NCBI GenBank assembly: GCA_040437565.1
Contig: JBDOQK010000035.1
Span: 310,001-374,000 of the forward strand
DNA length: 64,000 nt
Direction of reading: 5' to 3'
Source: Albugo candida
Lineage: Eukaryota
The notes beneath the pieces are model-generated. The model was not told the origin of the DNA. It did not search any database and saw only the letters and a list, made by a program, of their open reading frames with translations. Shown here in pieces: positions 11,722-25,263 of this stretch. The stretch's first letter is position 1, and each line of letters starts with the position of its first letter. The position numbers were made by a program, and so were the translations under genes.

Positions 11722-13189
11722 ATGTGCTCCCTGCAAGATGAACAATGTGAAGTACATGCAGCATCTGCTTGCTAAAAATCGTGAAACCTCTCTTCCAATA
11801 GTACGATGTTATGCGATCTCTTACAGCGACTTTGCCGAAGTTTATATAGCGCAACCGTTTCAGACTCGGTTGCCAATTGATGTCTATTTCTGACGCAGGA
11901 AAGGGATTTTTGCAGATCACCATATTCTTGCGACCAAACGGGTGAAGTTTTGTATTTTGATGAGACAATACTCATCTGTCGAGTATCGAACGGTATCCGA
12001 CGCATGGACAGCTGAGGAGCATGAAAGGTTCCTTATCGGACTGGAGCGATGCGGGCTGTATGGAAAGAATCAAATTATGAGTCAGGGCATGTGGCAGATC
12101 ATTCTCGAAGCAGTGGGGGCAACCAAATCACTGCATCAAGTGCAAGAGCATGCACAAAATTATTTCATGCAACTCCAAGCACTTGGCACTAAAAAAAACA
12201 AGGATTTTCTGGAAACTGCAAGCTTAGAAACTACATGGACAATGGAGGAAGAGAAACGCTTTGAGGAAATACTCAGCAAATGGCGAAGCAGCGATGATTA
12301 CTGCTGGCAAGAAATTAGCAATGCTTTGCCCGGAAGGTCATTGGAGGAGGTAAAAGAAAGGTATAAAAAGTTATGCAACGATGTCAGAAGAATTGAACAA
12401 GGAAATCACGTGACGGCGTATTATAGTCGCTACAAGCGGCCATATACGGCGGTTTCGATTCAAAATGGTGACGAGGATTTAGCAAGGATGCAACAAGAAT
12501 ATCTTGATTTTCAACCACGGTCACAGGCTTATAATCATACAAATGTAATGAACATTAGCAGAAAATCAACACGAAACAATCGAAGAGAGACTTTCGGTGA
12601 TCGTATCATTGTTAGCAAAGAAGATCAACGGTATCTTTTCGATGCAGTTGCACACGTGCAAGCTATATCATCCGCAAACTCTCCCGCAGTGGCAATTGTG
12701 AACACAGCAGTTAATTTATTGTTGAGGCATAGGGCTGAAATTAGAGAAGGCTTTGAAGCTCGTATTACATTGGACCAAGCATATTTGGCTTTGGAGAAAC
12801 TCGTTTCTCAACTTGAACTTCAAGGGAATAGCGGAGCCCCAGTATATCATTTGATTGTCAACGAGTTGGTTTTTATGCTCGGATTGGCTGACGGTCTCAT
12901 GCAGTCACAGCCAGGGCTAATTGCTCCTTTGTCAGTGAATCCATCCATATACAGTGGAAGGAATTATCTCGTTCATCCCATGCCGAATTTTAACACATTG
13001 AATCAATGCGAACACTTGCATCAATTCCAATCCTCAAGACAGATGGCTCCTTCATCAATTGCTTCATTAGCAGGCCGTATAACAGAAGAACCGTTAGCGA
13101 ATAATGCTTCATTTCTTCCCTCATATCATGGTTTCGATGATGGATGCGTACTACCTGCTGCCTTGTACCATCCATTAGAGCGTGATTGA
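11722..13189 (+). CDS. MYB/SANT transcription factor with two repeats; proposed join(11722..11751,11802..11839,11899..11941,11984..13189)
   Basis: WTAEEHERFL...QVQEHAQNYF (SHAQKYF class) and WTMEEEKRFE...WQEISNALPGRS...RYKKL..DV..IE.G. Three phase-consistent GT-AG introns of 50, 59 and 42 nt. The start codon is uncertain. Confidence 0.85.
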
Positions 13190-13563
13190 ATGCAATGTAC
13201 TTGCAATATCAAAAATCATCAGATTTTCAGCATTTTAATAATAGAAGCTCTATTTCGAATCTAACTTTTAGCAATGTTTTCTTCTTCCGGAGTCAGAATC
13301 TCTCTCAATTGCAATTTGTTGGCACAAATAACATTTTTGACAACACAAGCGAGCGCTTGCTTTTTGTGCTCTTCTTTCTTCAAATCAATCATAAAGCGTT
13401 CCATAAGGGTGGGTTGTGTGGCCACGGCTTCCATGATGCGTTTACGATTCTCTAAAAGAGCTTNNNNNNNNNNNNNNNNNNNNNNNNNNNNNNNNNNNNN
13501 NNNNNNNNNNNNNNNNNNNNNNNNNNNNNNNNNNNNNNNNNNNNNNNNNNNNNNNNNNNNNNN

Positions 13564-15248
13564 TCGTGAAACCTCTCTTCCAATAGTACGATGTTATGCG
13601 ATCTCTTACAGCGACTTTGCCGAAGTTTATATAGCGCAACCGTTTCAGACTCGGTTGCCAATTGATGTCTATTTCTGACGCAGGAAAGGGATTTTTGCAG
13701 ATCACCATATTCTTGCGACCAAACGGGTGAAGTTTTGTATTTTGATGAGACAATACTCATCTGTCGAGTATCGAACGGTATCCGACGCATGGACAGCTGA
13801 GGAGCATGAAAGGTTCCTTATCGGACTGGAGCGATGCGGGCTGTATGGAAAGAATCAAATTATGAGTCAGGGCATGTGGCAGATCATTCTCGAAGCAGTG
13901 GGGGCAACCAAATCACTGCATCAAGTGCAAGAGCATGCACAAAATTATTTCATGCAACTCCAAGCACTTGGCACTAAAAAAAACAAGGATTTTCTGGAAA
14001 CTGCAAGCTTAGAAACTACATGGACAATGGAGGAAGAGAAACGCTTTGAGGAAATACTCAGCAAATGGCGAAGCAGCGATGATTACTGCTGGCAAGAAAT
14101 TAGCAATGCTTTGCCCGGAAGGTCATTGGAGGAGGTAAAAGAAAGGTATAAAAAGTTATGCAACGATGTCAGAAGAATTGAACAAGGAAATCACGTGACG
14201 GCGTATTATAGTCGCTACAAGCGGCCATATACGGCGGTTTCGATTCAAAATGGTGACGAGGATTTAGCAAGGATGCAACAAGAATATCTTGATTTTCAAC
14301 CACGGTCACAGGCTTATAATCATACAAATGTAATGAACATTAGCAGAAAATCAACACGAAACAATCGAAGAGAGACTTTCGGTGATCGTATCATTGTTAG
14401 CAAAGAAGATCAACGGTATCTTTTCGATGCAGTTGCACACGTGCAAGCTATATCATCCGCAAACTCTCCCGCAGTGGCAATTGTGAACACAGCAGTTAAT
14501 TTATTGTTGAGGCATAGGGCTGAAATTAGAGAAGGCTTTGAAGCTCGTATTACATTGGACCAAGCATATTTGGCTTTGGAGAAACTCGTTTCTCAACTTG
14601 AACTTCAAGGGAATAGCGGAGCCCCAGTATATCATTTGATTGTCAACGAGTTGGTTTTTATGCTCGGATTGGCTGACGGTCTCATGCAGTCACAGCCAGG
14701 GCTAATTGCTCCTTTGTCAGTGAATCCATCCATATACAGTGGAAGGAATTATCTCGTTCATCCCATGCCGAATTTTAACACATTGAATCAATGCGAACAC
14801 TTGCATCAATTCCAATCCTCAAGACAGATGGCTCCTTCATCAATTGCTTCATTAGCAGGCCGTATAACAGAAGAACCGTTAGCGAATAATGCTTCATTTC
14901 TTCCCTCATATCATGGTTTCGATGATGGATGCGTACTACCTGCTGCCTTGTACCATCCATTAGAGCGTGATTGAATGCAATGTACTTGCAATATCAAAAA
15001 TCATCAGATTTTCAGCATTTTAATAATAGAAGCTCTATTTCGAATCTAACTTTTAGCAATGTTTTCTTCTTCCGGAGTCAGAATCTCTCTCAATTGCAAT
15101 TTGTTGGCACAAATAACATTTTTGACAACACAAGCGAGCGCTTGCTTTTTGTGCTCTTCTTTCTTCAAATCAATCATAAAGCGTTCCATAAGGGTGGGTT
15201 GTGTGGCCACGGCTTCCATGATGCGTTTACGATTCTCTAAAAGAGCTT
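13564..15248 (+). repeat. Apparently identical second copy of 11779-13463 (MYB body plus FAM161 3' end); probable assembly overlap artefact
   Basis: 1685-bp direct repeat, offset 1785, abutting both sides of the 100-N gap at 13464-13563. Both copies give the same 415-aa ORF. Confidence 0.85.
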
Positions 15249-17172
15249 GACGAAAGCTCGCCTTGCTTAATTTTGCTTGGTCTTTAGCTATCTGCTGCAC
15301 TTGCTGCAAATCGACAAAAGTTCCGGGATAGTTGTCGCGACGTTGAGACTCGAGTAATTCGACTTGTTGCTTGATTCGAACCTTTGCAAGTTTGAGTCTT
15401 CTTTCGCGCACTTCCTGAGCTTGTTGTGTTTCTAGCTCACGTTCTTTGGCTGCTATGATCCTTTTCTTCAACTCATCCCTTCGCAACTGATCCGTTTTGG
15501 TGAGTTTTGGATCATTTGATATCGATGAGCATTCTCTATTGATCTTTGTCATCAATGAATGATATTTTCGCAATTGAGCTTGTTGATATTCCAGTTTTTC
15601 GTCGCTGATGCGTTTTTTTCTTGCGAGACGCTTCTGTCGTAGCGCATCATATTCGCCGTGGCGATGCTCAAAAAAAGGAACAGCACTGAATTTCTCTCCA
15701 CTTGATTCCTTCTGTCGAACTTTCTTTTCCTGTTCACTTCTTTCCCATTGCCGATGCAACCGATCGAAATCGGGTACTGGTTTGGAGCGAAATTGACGTG
15801 ATAAATCTCGCTTTTCTACTTTTCTGGCGTTTGCTTTGGCTTCTACGATCAGAGCTTGGGTCATACGAGACGGAAGACTGGCACGCAGCAAGTACTCTTG
15901 CGATCGTTTCATTATTCGAGTCCGACGTTCGACTTCATCTTCGCATTTGGTGCGATATGTTGATACAGGAACATCGCGTGCTTTAACTTGCTGATACATC
16001 TGTCGTAATTTTTCTTCGTTTTCTTGTACAAGTGCCTTCTTTCGAGCAGCACTATGTTTCTGGCGTTCCAATAAATTCACGGGAGGTTTACCTCGCTTGG
16101 CACGATCTAATTTTGCAGCTGCCTGCTGTTCCACTAAAAGCTTTTCTTCCATTTCCATGTGTTTTCTGTAGATAGAATCAATCAGTTCAGTATTACATCA
16201 TAAAAGATCTCCTTACTGCTCGTAATAGCTTTTCACAACTCTAGCAACACGCGCTGTTGAGATGGGACGAGCGCTTTTTGCTCGTAAGATTCCTGATCTG
16301 ATGTGTTTTGTGGCGAGTGCAAAAGCTGAGCACGGACGACGGTCATTTGAGTTTCTTCGACTCGTTTGTGTGTCATTATGTCGAAACATAAAGCTGTCAC
16401 TGTGTAAGCCTTCATCTTCGGATAGTGCGCTTGGAGAATAAAGTGAACTTGGTGTGAAGCAGCTGTGAAAACTCTCATCATAGCTTGGTGCAACTATTTC
16501 AGTTCCATCATACTCCATCCTGCGCTTCTCAAAACTCATATCTGACAGATCAGCAGCGATGTCTAGACTGAAGTTCCGCTCGTCTTCAGATTCGTTGAGA
16601 CCTTGATCGGTGTTAAGGGAGGCTTCCGATTGGAAACTGGTGTGTTGATTGTTTCTAGATTCTTGTGCCGTCTTCACCCTTTTTTTTGTCTGTATATTGG
16701 AGCGTATCCCAGCTTCCGCTAAGCATTTCTCATCTCCAGATAAGCTGTACTCCAAAATATCGTCACCACTATCATCATTACGAGACATATAGGCCGGTGG
16801 CGCTTCTTGATCGTCTTCTTCAATGCTATACGTCCATGCCGTTCTTCCTCGTGGGTAGGTAGCCTTATGAGACGGCGTAGAGCAATCACCAGTAGCCAAG
16901 GCGGGTTTAGTACCTCGACATCGTTGTCGATTCAAGTTGTCTTTGTGTATGGTCTTACGCCGGGAATCAATGTCAAGTATTGTTGCTTGTATCGCATGTC
17001 TTTCGTTTTCTTGTTCCGTCTCACTTAAAGTCCGATATCGGTTCGAGGCGTCAGGATTTTGACCGGCTTTCACTCCTCTGACAACCAACTCTCGATTTGG
17101 TTCGCTCCCTCTAATATCATACGAAACCCCGGAACGAGACGAGCCTTTTGGTGCCACATGAGGATGTCGCAT
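15046..17172 (-). CDS. FAM161/UPF0564-like coiled-coil centriole/cilium protein, ~691 aa; complement(join(15046..16165,16217..17172))
   Basis: KARDVPVSTY and FRSKPVPDFDRLH motifs within charged coiled coil. A 51-nt GT-AG intron at 16166-16216 joins the two ORFs in frame (YEQ-KHMEMEE). Confidence 0.7.
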
Positions 17173-17403
17173 GATCGAGAGATCTTGGATGCAAAAAGCG
17201 AAATTTGCACATTCGCGTCATCTTACTCATCACTTTGGTTGTCGACTGATTTAGATGCATAGTTTCATAAATCTATTTATGATGATCAAAGAGAAGTCAC
17301 TTGGAATCCTCCCTACGATTTGTATAGAAAGTCGGAATAATTCGAGTCAAGTAAGGAGTCTAGCTCTACACCCCTTGTTCTCAATTAGTTCTGCCAATTC
17401 GCA

Positions 17404-19245
17404 TCAGTAAAAGTTCAAAGCCCATCTTCGTATATTTTGTAAGAATGACCACATATCCGATCGAATCAAAAATGCCAAGAAATAAAAGTACATGCATCCA
17501 AGTATCAGGAGACTCGAAAGAGTAAACCCATTCAATTGTAGACTCGATAAGTTCACTGAGACTAAGTAGAGATTGATGACACAAATCAAAAGCCCGATAA
17601 TCCATCCTGTTGCCATAATGGCTGTATTGTTGACGAAAACATTCCCCATGATATTTTTGGAGCTCGTAAAGACCAAAAGTGGAAGTAACGCAAACGGAAG
17701 TTGTATGGACTGTAAAACATTGAGCAGCTCATCCATTTTGTCGCTATTTTGCGGCTGATACTGACTCAGTATTGCAACAGCTAAAGCAGGTATCAACGCA
17801 ACACAACGCGTCAGTGCCACTCGTTTCCACGGCGATAGTCGAATGTTTAAAAATCCTTCCATGACAAATTGTCCAGCATACGTTCCTGTCATTGTCGAAC
17901 TTTGACCAGCAGCCAGGAGACCTATGGCCCATATGATTTCAGCATAATTTCCAAGCATATCTCTGAGTGAACGGCCTGCTTGAGATAGTCCTATTGGCTG
18001 ACACCAACCCGACATTCCATTGCTCAAAGTACAGGAACGTAATGTTGGTCCGTTAACAGTACCCCCAGGCACACACGATGAACTATCATGATTCGTGCGA
18101 TATGTCTCTACGCAATCGGGCGAGAAAAATCCTTTAGAGAAGACTCCAAGCACAGCCAGGTTGATGAGAAAAGATATAAAGAGTGCAACTCCTGCTTCGA
18201 TTGTGAAATACAGATTAGCCATTCGCACTTCCTGGACCTTATGATGACGAACATGGCGGGTTTGTACAAGCGCCGAGTGTAGGTACAAGTTATGTGGCAT
18301 GATCACAGCTCCAACTATCCCAACAGCCTGTGTCATCGCATATGACGGAATTCTAGGCACGAATCCATCCATTACTTCGTCCAATTGGATACGACTTTGA
18401 TAGAAATTGGCACAGAAGCAGATGAGCATAATGGCGAGAAGAAACACAAAGAATGCCTCAAGCTTTCGTATTCCGTAGCGATGCAGCAACAAGAACGTAA
18501 ATGTGTCAACTGCCGTGATCTATCAATGGAAAAGAGATTATGAGCTCAACGTGAAATTCAATGAATGTATATTGGCTACCAGGCATCCACCCCATAGCGG
18601 AATTTGAAATAGAATTTGCAAAGCAATTGCTGACCCAAGCACTTCTTGAATATCGCTGTGAGGAGAGAATCTTCACTAGAACCCATAGATATCGGTCGTT
18701 ATGACACACCTCCCGACGATAGCGATCTCTGTCATGATCCAAAGTGTAATAGACGCCCAGCGAGGGTACACGGCGGTACACATTTCAGCCAAATTTTTGC
18801 CTGTCACCACACCCAAACGCACTGCCAAAATCTGTCTTTCACACAGCGATACCACTGAGTCCTTCTAATCAAAGCTTTATGAGCCATACCTGAAGATAAA
18901 AGCCCATCACAGTGGCACCAAAAAGAACCCAAATCAGTTGATAACCTGCATATGCTCCTGCTTGTAGGTCACTTTCGAGATTGCCAGGATCAACATAAGC
19001 GATACTCATGAGCCATCCAGGTCCAGTGAACGCCCATAATGCTCTCCAACTAAGCTTAAAGGTCAGCGAGCGTGATTTGTAGTGATTCAAATGTCACACG
19101 ACCTAAATTTTGTTGATGAATGAGTCTCTTTCGGTGGCTCTATCTCACCATATGATAAAGTATGTTCCTTTCTCAACGTATTGTACGAATTTGAATGCGT
19201 TACTTGCGGAATTAAGCACAAATTCTCGACATTTTCATGTGCCAT
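17404..19245 (-). CDS. NRAMP-family divalent metal (Mn/Fe) transporter, ~538 aa; complement(join(17404..18519,18580..18655,18710..18831,18890..19049,19103..19245))
   Basis: [56 protein letters not shown] and [19 protein letters not shown]. Four phase-consistent GT-AG introns. Confidence 0.97.
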
Positions 19246-19350
19246 TTAAATCCGCTCAAAAGATACAAATGATCGAATCTAAACTAGAGTGGCACGCTCT
19301 CTATAACGGTGGAAACAAATGCGATAAGTAAGCTAAATTCGAGATGCGGT

Positions 19351-22300
19351 TCACTTTCGACCATTGTGGCGAACTGAAAGCTTGCGATGTGCGTTTTGTT
19401 TGTCTTCAACAGTCTCTTCAATACGTTCGAGATTTTCTCGTCGAGTGAGCTTTCGAAGCCGGATACCTTTCTTCGGATTCGTATCTGGCGACTCTAAATG
19501 TGATTTAGTCGCCAAAGTCTCCATTCCGATAATTTTGTTATCAGTAGGCGCAATACTCGCAATCGATTGCTCGTCGATCGCCAGAGACGACTCCATGTGC
19601 TCTGTAAATGGTATGATCGTATTCGAGCTGTAAGAGTGATCATCACGTTTGATCTGCAATTCATATTCCCACACATCCATTTGAGAGAAATTTAAGACTG
19701 GCATTTGATCATGTTGAACACTTTGAGGCTTTTTGACATTCCGCATGAAATCTCTCACTGGTGATAGAGAATTTGTTTTTGATGTCACTTCGATCAGATT
19801 TTCTTCGAGAGATTTGTGGAGATGCAGAAGACCTTGTGGTGGCAGAGACATGGTGATTTGTAAATTGCAATGTCGTTTATAAGAGGTGCTTTTGCAGCGC
19901 CACTTTGGCGGAGTCGAATAACGTGGAGGATGCACCAAATCTTTGAACTTTACACTGAAGCGACTTTCAGGGCGTGTAATCTTCAGCGAATACCTCAAGG
20001 ATGACTGAATTTTGACTCCATTTGACGAGTTTGTGTTGCTAGAGTCAAGTGCCGAAATCACAAGCGCTTCAATCGCTCCGTTTTCAATTAGCGAAGAACC
20101 ATTCGATAGATTAGACAATGAGGTCGTACAGATTGTAGCGATCAACTCATCTTCAGATCCCAAAATGCCCGAAATGTGCGTCAACGCTGTAATTGCTCCT
20201 TGCGATATCATAGTCGGAGCCGCTTCAGCATCCGCTGCGAAATTTGAGGAGTTTGTGAGATTAAATATCGTAATGGCGCATAGAGCCATAATATCTCGAG
20301 CGATACTTGTGGATCCAATTGCTTCAGCGGTGTATAAAAGTGCTTGATCGGAGATCATCCTGATTGCTTCGAATCGTATCAGACCCGATCGAAGTGCATC
20401 ATAAGACGATAGCGCAGCTATACTCGAAACACATCGATATCTCGTTTCGACCAATTGCGTTTTCATCATCAACAAAGATACGGCCTTTAATGCTGTACTG
20501 TGGACGAGCTGCTCTTGTATGAAACTGGCCTCTTGTACGATGAATGGAGACACAATTGCGTCCACACCGAATACAATATCACATATAATCTCTGAGCAAT
20601 CCAGTGCCGATTCGAGATCACTATATGCAGCCTCACACAAGTGGCACAAAAGTGACACCATATCGAATTGTGAAAGCCCCCGGCTCCAATCTTTTGCGGT
20701 TGACGATCTTTTTGCTAGGAAGCGTTTATAGTGTATGATTTTTCGAGTCAATATGCAGACAAGAGCAATAAGGGCATTGTCATGCCTTCCAAAAGATACA
20801 ATCCTTTCCATCATGCCTAGAAGATCAATTGCTTCTGCCAGAGGAGACTCTCGCGATTCTTCATCTTTGTAAGCGAGGCAGCACATGGAGAAGAGGACAT
20901 GAGATAATCCATTCAGAAGCCAACGAGAACTTCCATCTTCCTGTACATCTAGCGACTTGATCATCCTCTCAAGTAATTCCGCGAGTGTTTGGAATAAGGT
21001 CTCTGATTTTAGCCCACCAATCATGTTACTGTCAGCAGCAAAGTAAGACAATGTTCCAGCCGCATAGACCACAAAAGGAGGGACATCGGTGGACGTTGAT
21101 CCAATTTCATTAATCGAACTCAAAAATCGCATCAAAATACTGACAGAAACTTCGTTGAATGCGGCATTCCTCCTTTTGGGATTTGATATCAACAAATGCA
21201 TCACAAGCGATAATCGTTCCCAACTAGCGACCATCTCGTCTACGCACTCCATAAGACGTGCAGATAAAGCGTCCACAGCATCGACAATACTCGGAACAAG
21301 GGTGTCAATCTGTGCTTCACTAACCTCAAGCAAAGACAACAGTAGATGTTCATGAGTGACGCATAAATTGACGTCTTCCATTGATGACGATCTCACAATC
21401 ATCGCAAGAAACGCACGCAAAGAAGCGCTTCGAAAAAATGAGTAGTCATTCGATGTGTCGACTGCATGGGAGACCATTTGTTCAACAATGTAGGTCACCA
21501 TCCAAATACATTCGATGTTGTCAAATGCGATGAATTGCGGTATGAGATCAACCATTCCTTCTCGAATAAGAGTGGAAATCGTATTCGATGTGATTAGATT
21601 GCATAAGGCTGCTAGACACGTCTGTCGGGTCGCTGAGTTCAAAGAACGGACCATTGCGATTGTCATAAGAAGATCCACAGCTCTCATTTCGACCAAATGC
21701 TCTTCTGAATTCGTGACAGACGATAAATGAGCCACAACATTGACAATATTGGATTGGATTTCTTCGCTATAGCAATTAATACTCAATATTGGTAGTATTT
21801 CCATCACCGAGTGGATACTTTTCTGTGAGCTGAGCATCGCAATGCAACTTTGTGGGTTTCTGGCGAGATTTGCCAATATGATGGAGCAGTAACGCTGAAG
21901 AGTACTCTTGTCTCGATTTCGGTCTTGGTTTTCCTCAATGACTTTGAGCCTCGCTACTCCCGATACCAGCTTCAATATTCCAGATTCTAAAAGTATCAGC
22001 CCCACGACTTTATGGCGCGATATGCAGGCTAAAATATGGCAGTAAGCAGCTTTGGCTTCAGTGTCTTCTGAGCTGAGTGTATTTTGAATTATTACGCCAA
22101 TTGTTTGCTCTTGAAACAGAAAATCAGCACTCGCATCCTCTCTGCTCAAAAGACTCAGACAAAGACAGGCCAACTTTACTAAGACTTCGTTGGTGTGTTC
22201 CAACTCCAACAGTTGCGTCAGAAAGCGAATTATTGGACCAACATGAGTCACTACTGCATCTGACGAGTCCGTTCCTAGCATGAGAGAAGTTACAGCAGCA

Positions 22301-25141
22301 ACACATTGAATCTGAATGCTNNNNNNNNNNNNNNNNNNNNNNNNNNNNNNNNNNNNNNNNNNNNNNNNNNNNNNNNNNNNNNNNNNNNNNNNNNNNNNNN
22401 NNNNNNNNNNNNNNNNNNNNTACTAAGACTTCGTTGGTGTGTTCCAACTCCAACAGTTGCGTCAGAAAGCGAATTATTGGACCAACGTGAGTCACTACTG
22501 CATCTGACGAGTCCGTTCCTAGCATGAGAGAAGTTACAGCAGCAACACATTGAATCTGAATGCTCTTGAGAACAGCAGACTCGGGGTTTGATAGGTTTCC
22601 ATCTAATATTACGGTTGTATTGATTGGAGATGATGGAACTGATTCTTTAGCGCTTGGGTAGCACAAACATATCAAAGCCTCGACAACTCCAGACTTAGCG
22701 ACCGTCTCTTGTGTGTGAGATCCACAACAAAGTTGTCTCAAAGCCGTGGCCACCAGATATCGAGTCTGCAATGTCGATGCAGTATAGCTCATTTCGATTA
22801 CCGAATGAATTGCTCCAATGTGAGCGCTGGAAGCAGTTGCAGTTGCTTGAGGTACTGTCAGAAGATTACACAGTGTAAAGGTGCACATTTGTATTGTTTC
22901 GGTATCGAGTACGCTTCGACCATAAGAACAGGACGTACTTTTGTCGAAGGGCGTGCTGCTATGTGTTTGTTGGATATCGAAAAGCTTTGACGCTATGAAA
23001 ATCACTTGATTCTCAACTAGTTGGAGACGTGTGGTCTTGTTGCATGAGATATTGTACAGCATCGCAGCGGATAGATACACCAATTGAGCAGCCTTCCACC
23101 CATGGTCTTCGTCTACTGGAAACTTTTCAGCATCACAAATCGTAAGAATCTCATTCACAATTCCATCCTGGATCATTCTGGAATGATTGGATTGATCTCT
23201 ACTCAGATTGTATAAGGTCATCGCCAAAAACAATTTGAGCTCGAGTTCAACACGATAATTCTTAAATGTCGTTTGTTGGCGCTGATTTCTCATAAAGGCT
23301 TTGATAATGTCCAGGCTGCCTCCCGTTACCATTAAGGCGCGATAGGACTTCAATGTTGACAGGTTTTGGAGGACATAAGCCAGCATGTGGTGACACTCGA
23401 CAAGAAAGGATTGAGCTAAATTCGAGACCGCTGTCATCGCGCCTTGTTCCATTAAACGTTGCCGCATGGTCCTAAAGTTGGACAGATTGCACATTCCTTT
23501 GACAAGTAGAATGCATCGAGCATCGACGTGAGGCTTTGTACCCAATTGTCCATCCACAAGTGTCGTCACGAACTCCGTCGAAACGACATTCAGTAAGGTG
23601 TTGAGCACAACGTCTAATTTCGTGAATGACTCCTCAACGCAAGTGAGATTGAAGAGAGCGAGCGTTGGGATATGGGACTTCATATTAATCTCACTGATTA
23701 GATAATATAACGTGTTGGTGATGCCTTCAGCAATCAATTGGGCATGCGATTCCAAGTGGTCAACCGCACACAAATTGCATAAAATCACCGCGCAACTTCT
23801 TTGTATCTGATTATCCTGTACTGTGCTCGCAATTTCTCCAATAACTCTGGCAGTTGCTTTCGCAATCATATAAGCTCGAACTTCCTTCACGTACGACATG
23901 TTGATGAGTGCACTGACGCATAATGAAAGTGTATGTAAACTGTATTCAATTCGATTCTTTTCTTGATAATGTGCGATATCGCTCGTTGTAAGGTGTTCGG
24001 TAGTAGCTCCATGGCTCAATTGGCAGAGCCGCAAAAGTGCTTCAACAGCATTCTCATGCATCATCACCTGCGCATTCTGTGGGTTACCGCTCCAATTTTT
24101 GAGTGCTATTGCGCATTGTTGTAGACGTTTTATATGACGCCGGTCAGGTGAGTTGTCAATCGATCTATCCGTGTTCGGCTCGCCGAGGGTACTCTTTGGG
24201 TTGGTCTTGTGCAGTGCATGCGGGACAGAGTTTGCATCGGATGATGTAGCCGAAAATGCGCTGATGAAGGCTTGCTTGAGAGTACGATTATCAGCTAGGC
24301 TAGAAAGTTTTGTCTCTTTCAAATTCTTTTCTTGATCGTTTCCGGTCACGTCTAAATCACTTTTATGCATTCGTGACATATACAGCATTCCCTCGACGTA
24401 TTCGCCTCGAGTTCCAAAGATATCGCCACTATAAGACCTTATTAGGGTACGACAGTGTTGTGGTGTGATGCTCTCAGATGAGTGATTCAAAAAGCTTTCA
24501 GAATTCGAGTGTATTATATCAGGTTTCGACGTCAGCGGTACATCTTTTCCGACTTTTAATGTTTTTAGAGGTGTACCAACAAGTTTGCTTTGAGACTTTG
24601 ATTTGATTTTGGATAATCTCAGTACTTTATTCCCATGCGCCCTTGACATCTCCAAGTGCTTTGTACCACGATTTATTCCGAATGCGCGTCTTTGGCCAGC
24701 GATCGATGCCTCTTCATTCCCCTTCCTCCGATACTGCAAAGTGCCTACTTTCAATTCTTTGATTCTTTTTGTATCGAAATTCATACATTTGTACTCTTTT
24801 TCATCTAATTCGCTCTGTTCATTCATTGCTGCTTGAGAGGTTGGAATGTGTGCATTCTTTGCAGATATTTCTGCATATTCCATCGTGAATTCATTGAGAC
24901 TCGATATTGATTCCAGCATATGCTCAGGAATCCTCGGAATTGTGCACAAATCAATGAATCGCTTCTGCGCTGGTGATAGCTTTCCATCAGCTTCCGCTGA
25001 CGATCCAGACGGCGTCAGACTGAGCTCCGTGTGGCACGATTGCAAATCATCGTCGAAAATGTCTTTGAATGTCTGCGTTTCATTGCCAAGTAACTTTGCT
25101 ACTCGCTCACATTCGTATTGCCACAAAGACGAAAGATTCAT
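19351..25141 (-). CDS. Large armadillo-repeat protein (~1848 aa once the gap overlap is collapsed)
   Basis: Repeated ARM helices (ALINMS, ILCNLC, ALFNLT, TLYNLS, ALCNL, GAIEAL). The two ORFs are one gene split by the 22321-22420 gap with a 144-bp duplicated overlap. First in-frame ATG at 25141. Confidence 0.85.
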
Positions 25142-25263
25142 GAAAATGCAATTCTTCAGCCGACACGACGCATCGATTCCAACATTTAACCGATAGAAAG
25201 GATGCGCACTTCGTTTCAACCTCGTCCGTTTATTCGCGTCATCCTCTCACAAATCCGTCTCAA

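Noticed and set aside
13727-14974. Tandem duplication of the MYB gene
   Set aside because: The copy looks identical, lacks the first exon and abuts a 100-N gap, like seven other overlaps in the window; treated as an assembly artefact.
19364-25196. Many 60-120 aa ORFs antisense to long genes
   Set aside because: Shadow ORFs of real CDSs with no recognisable motifs.
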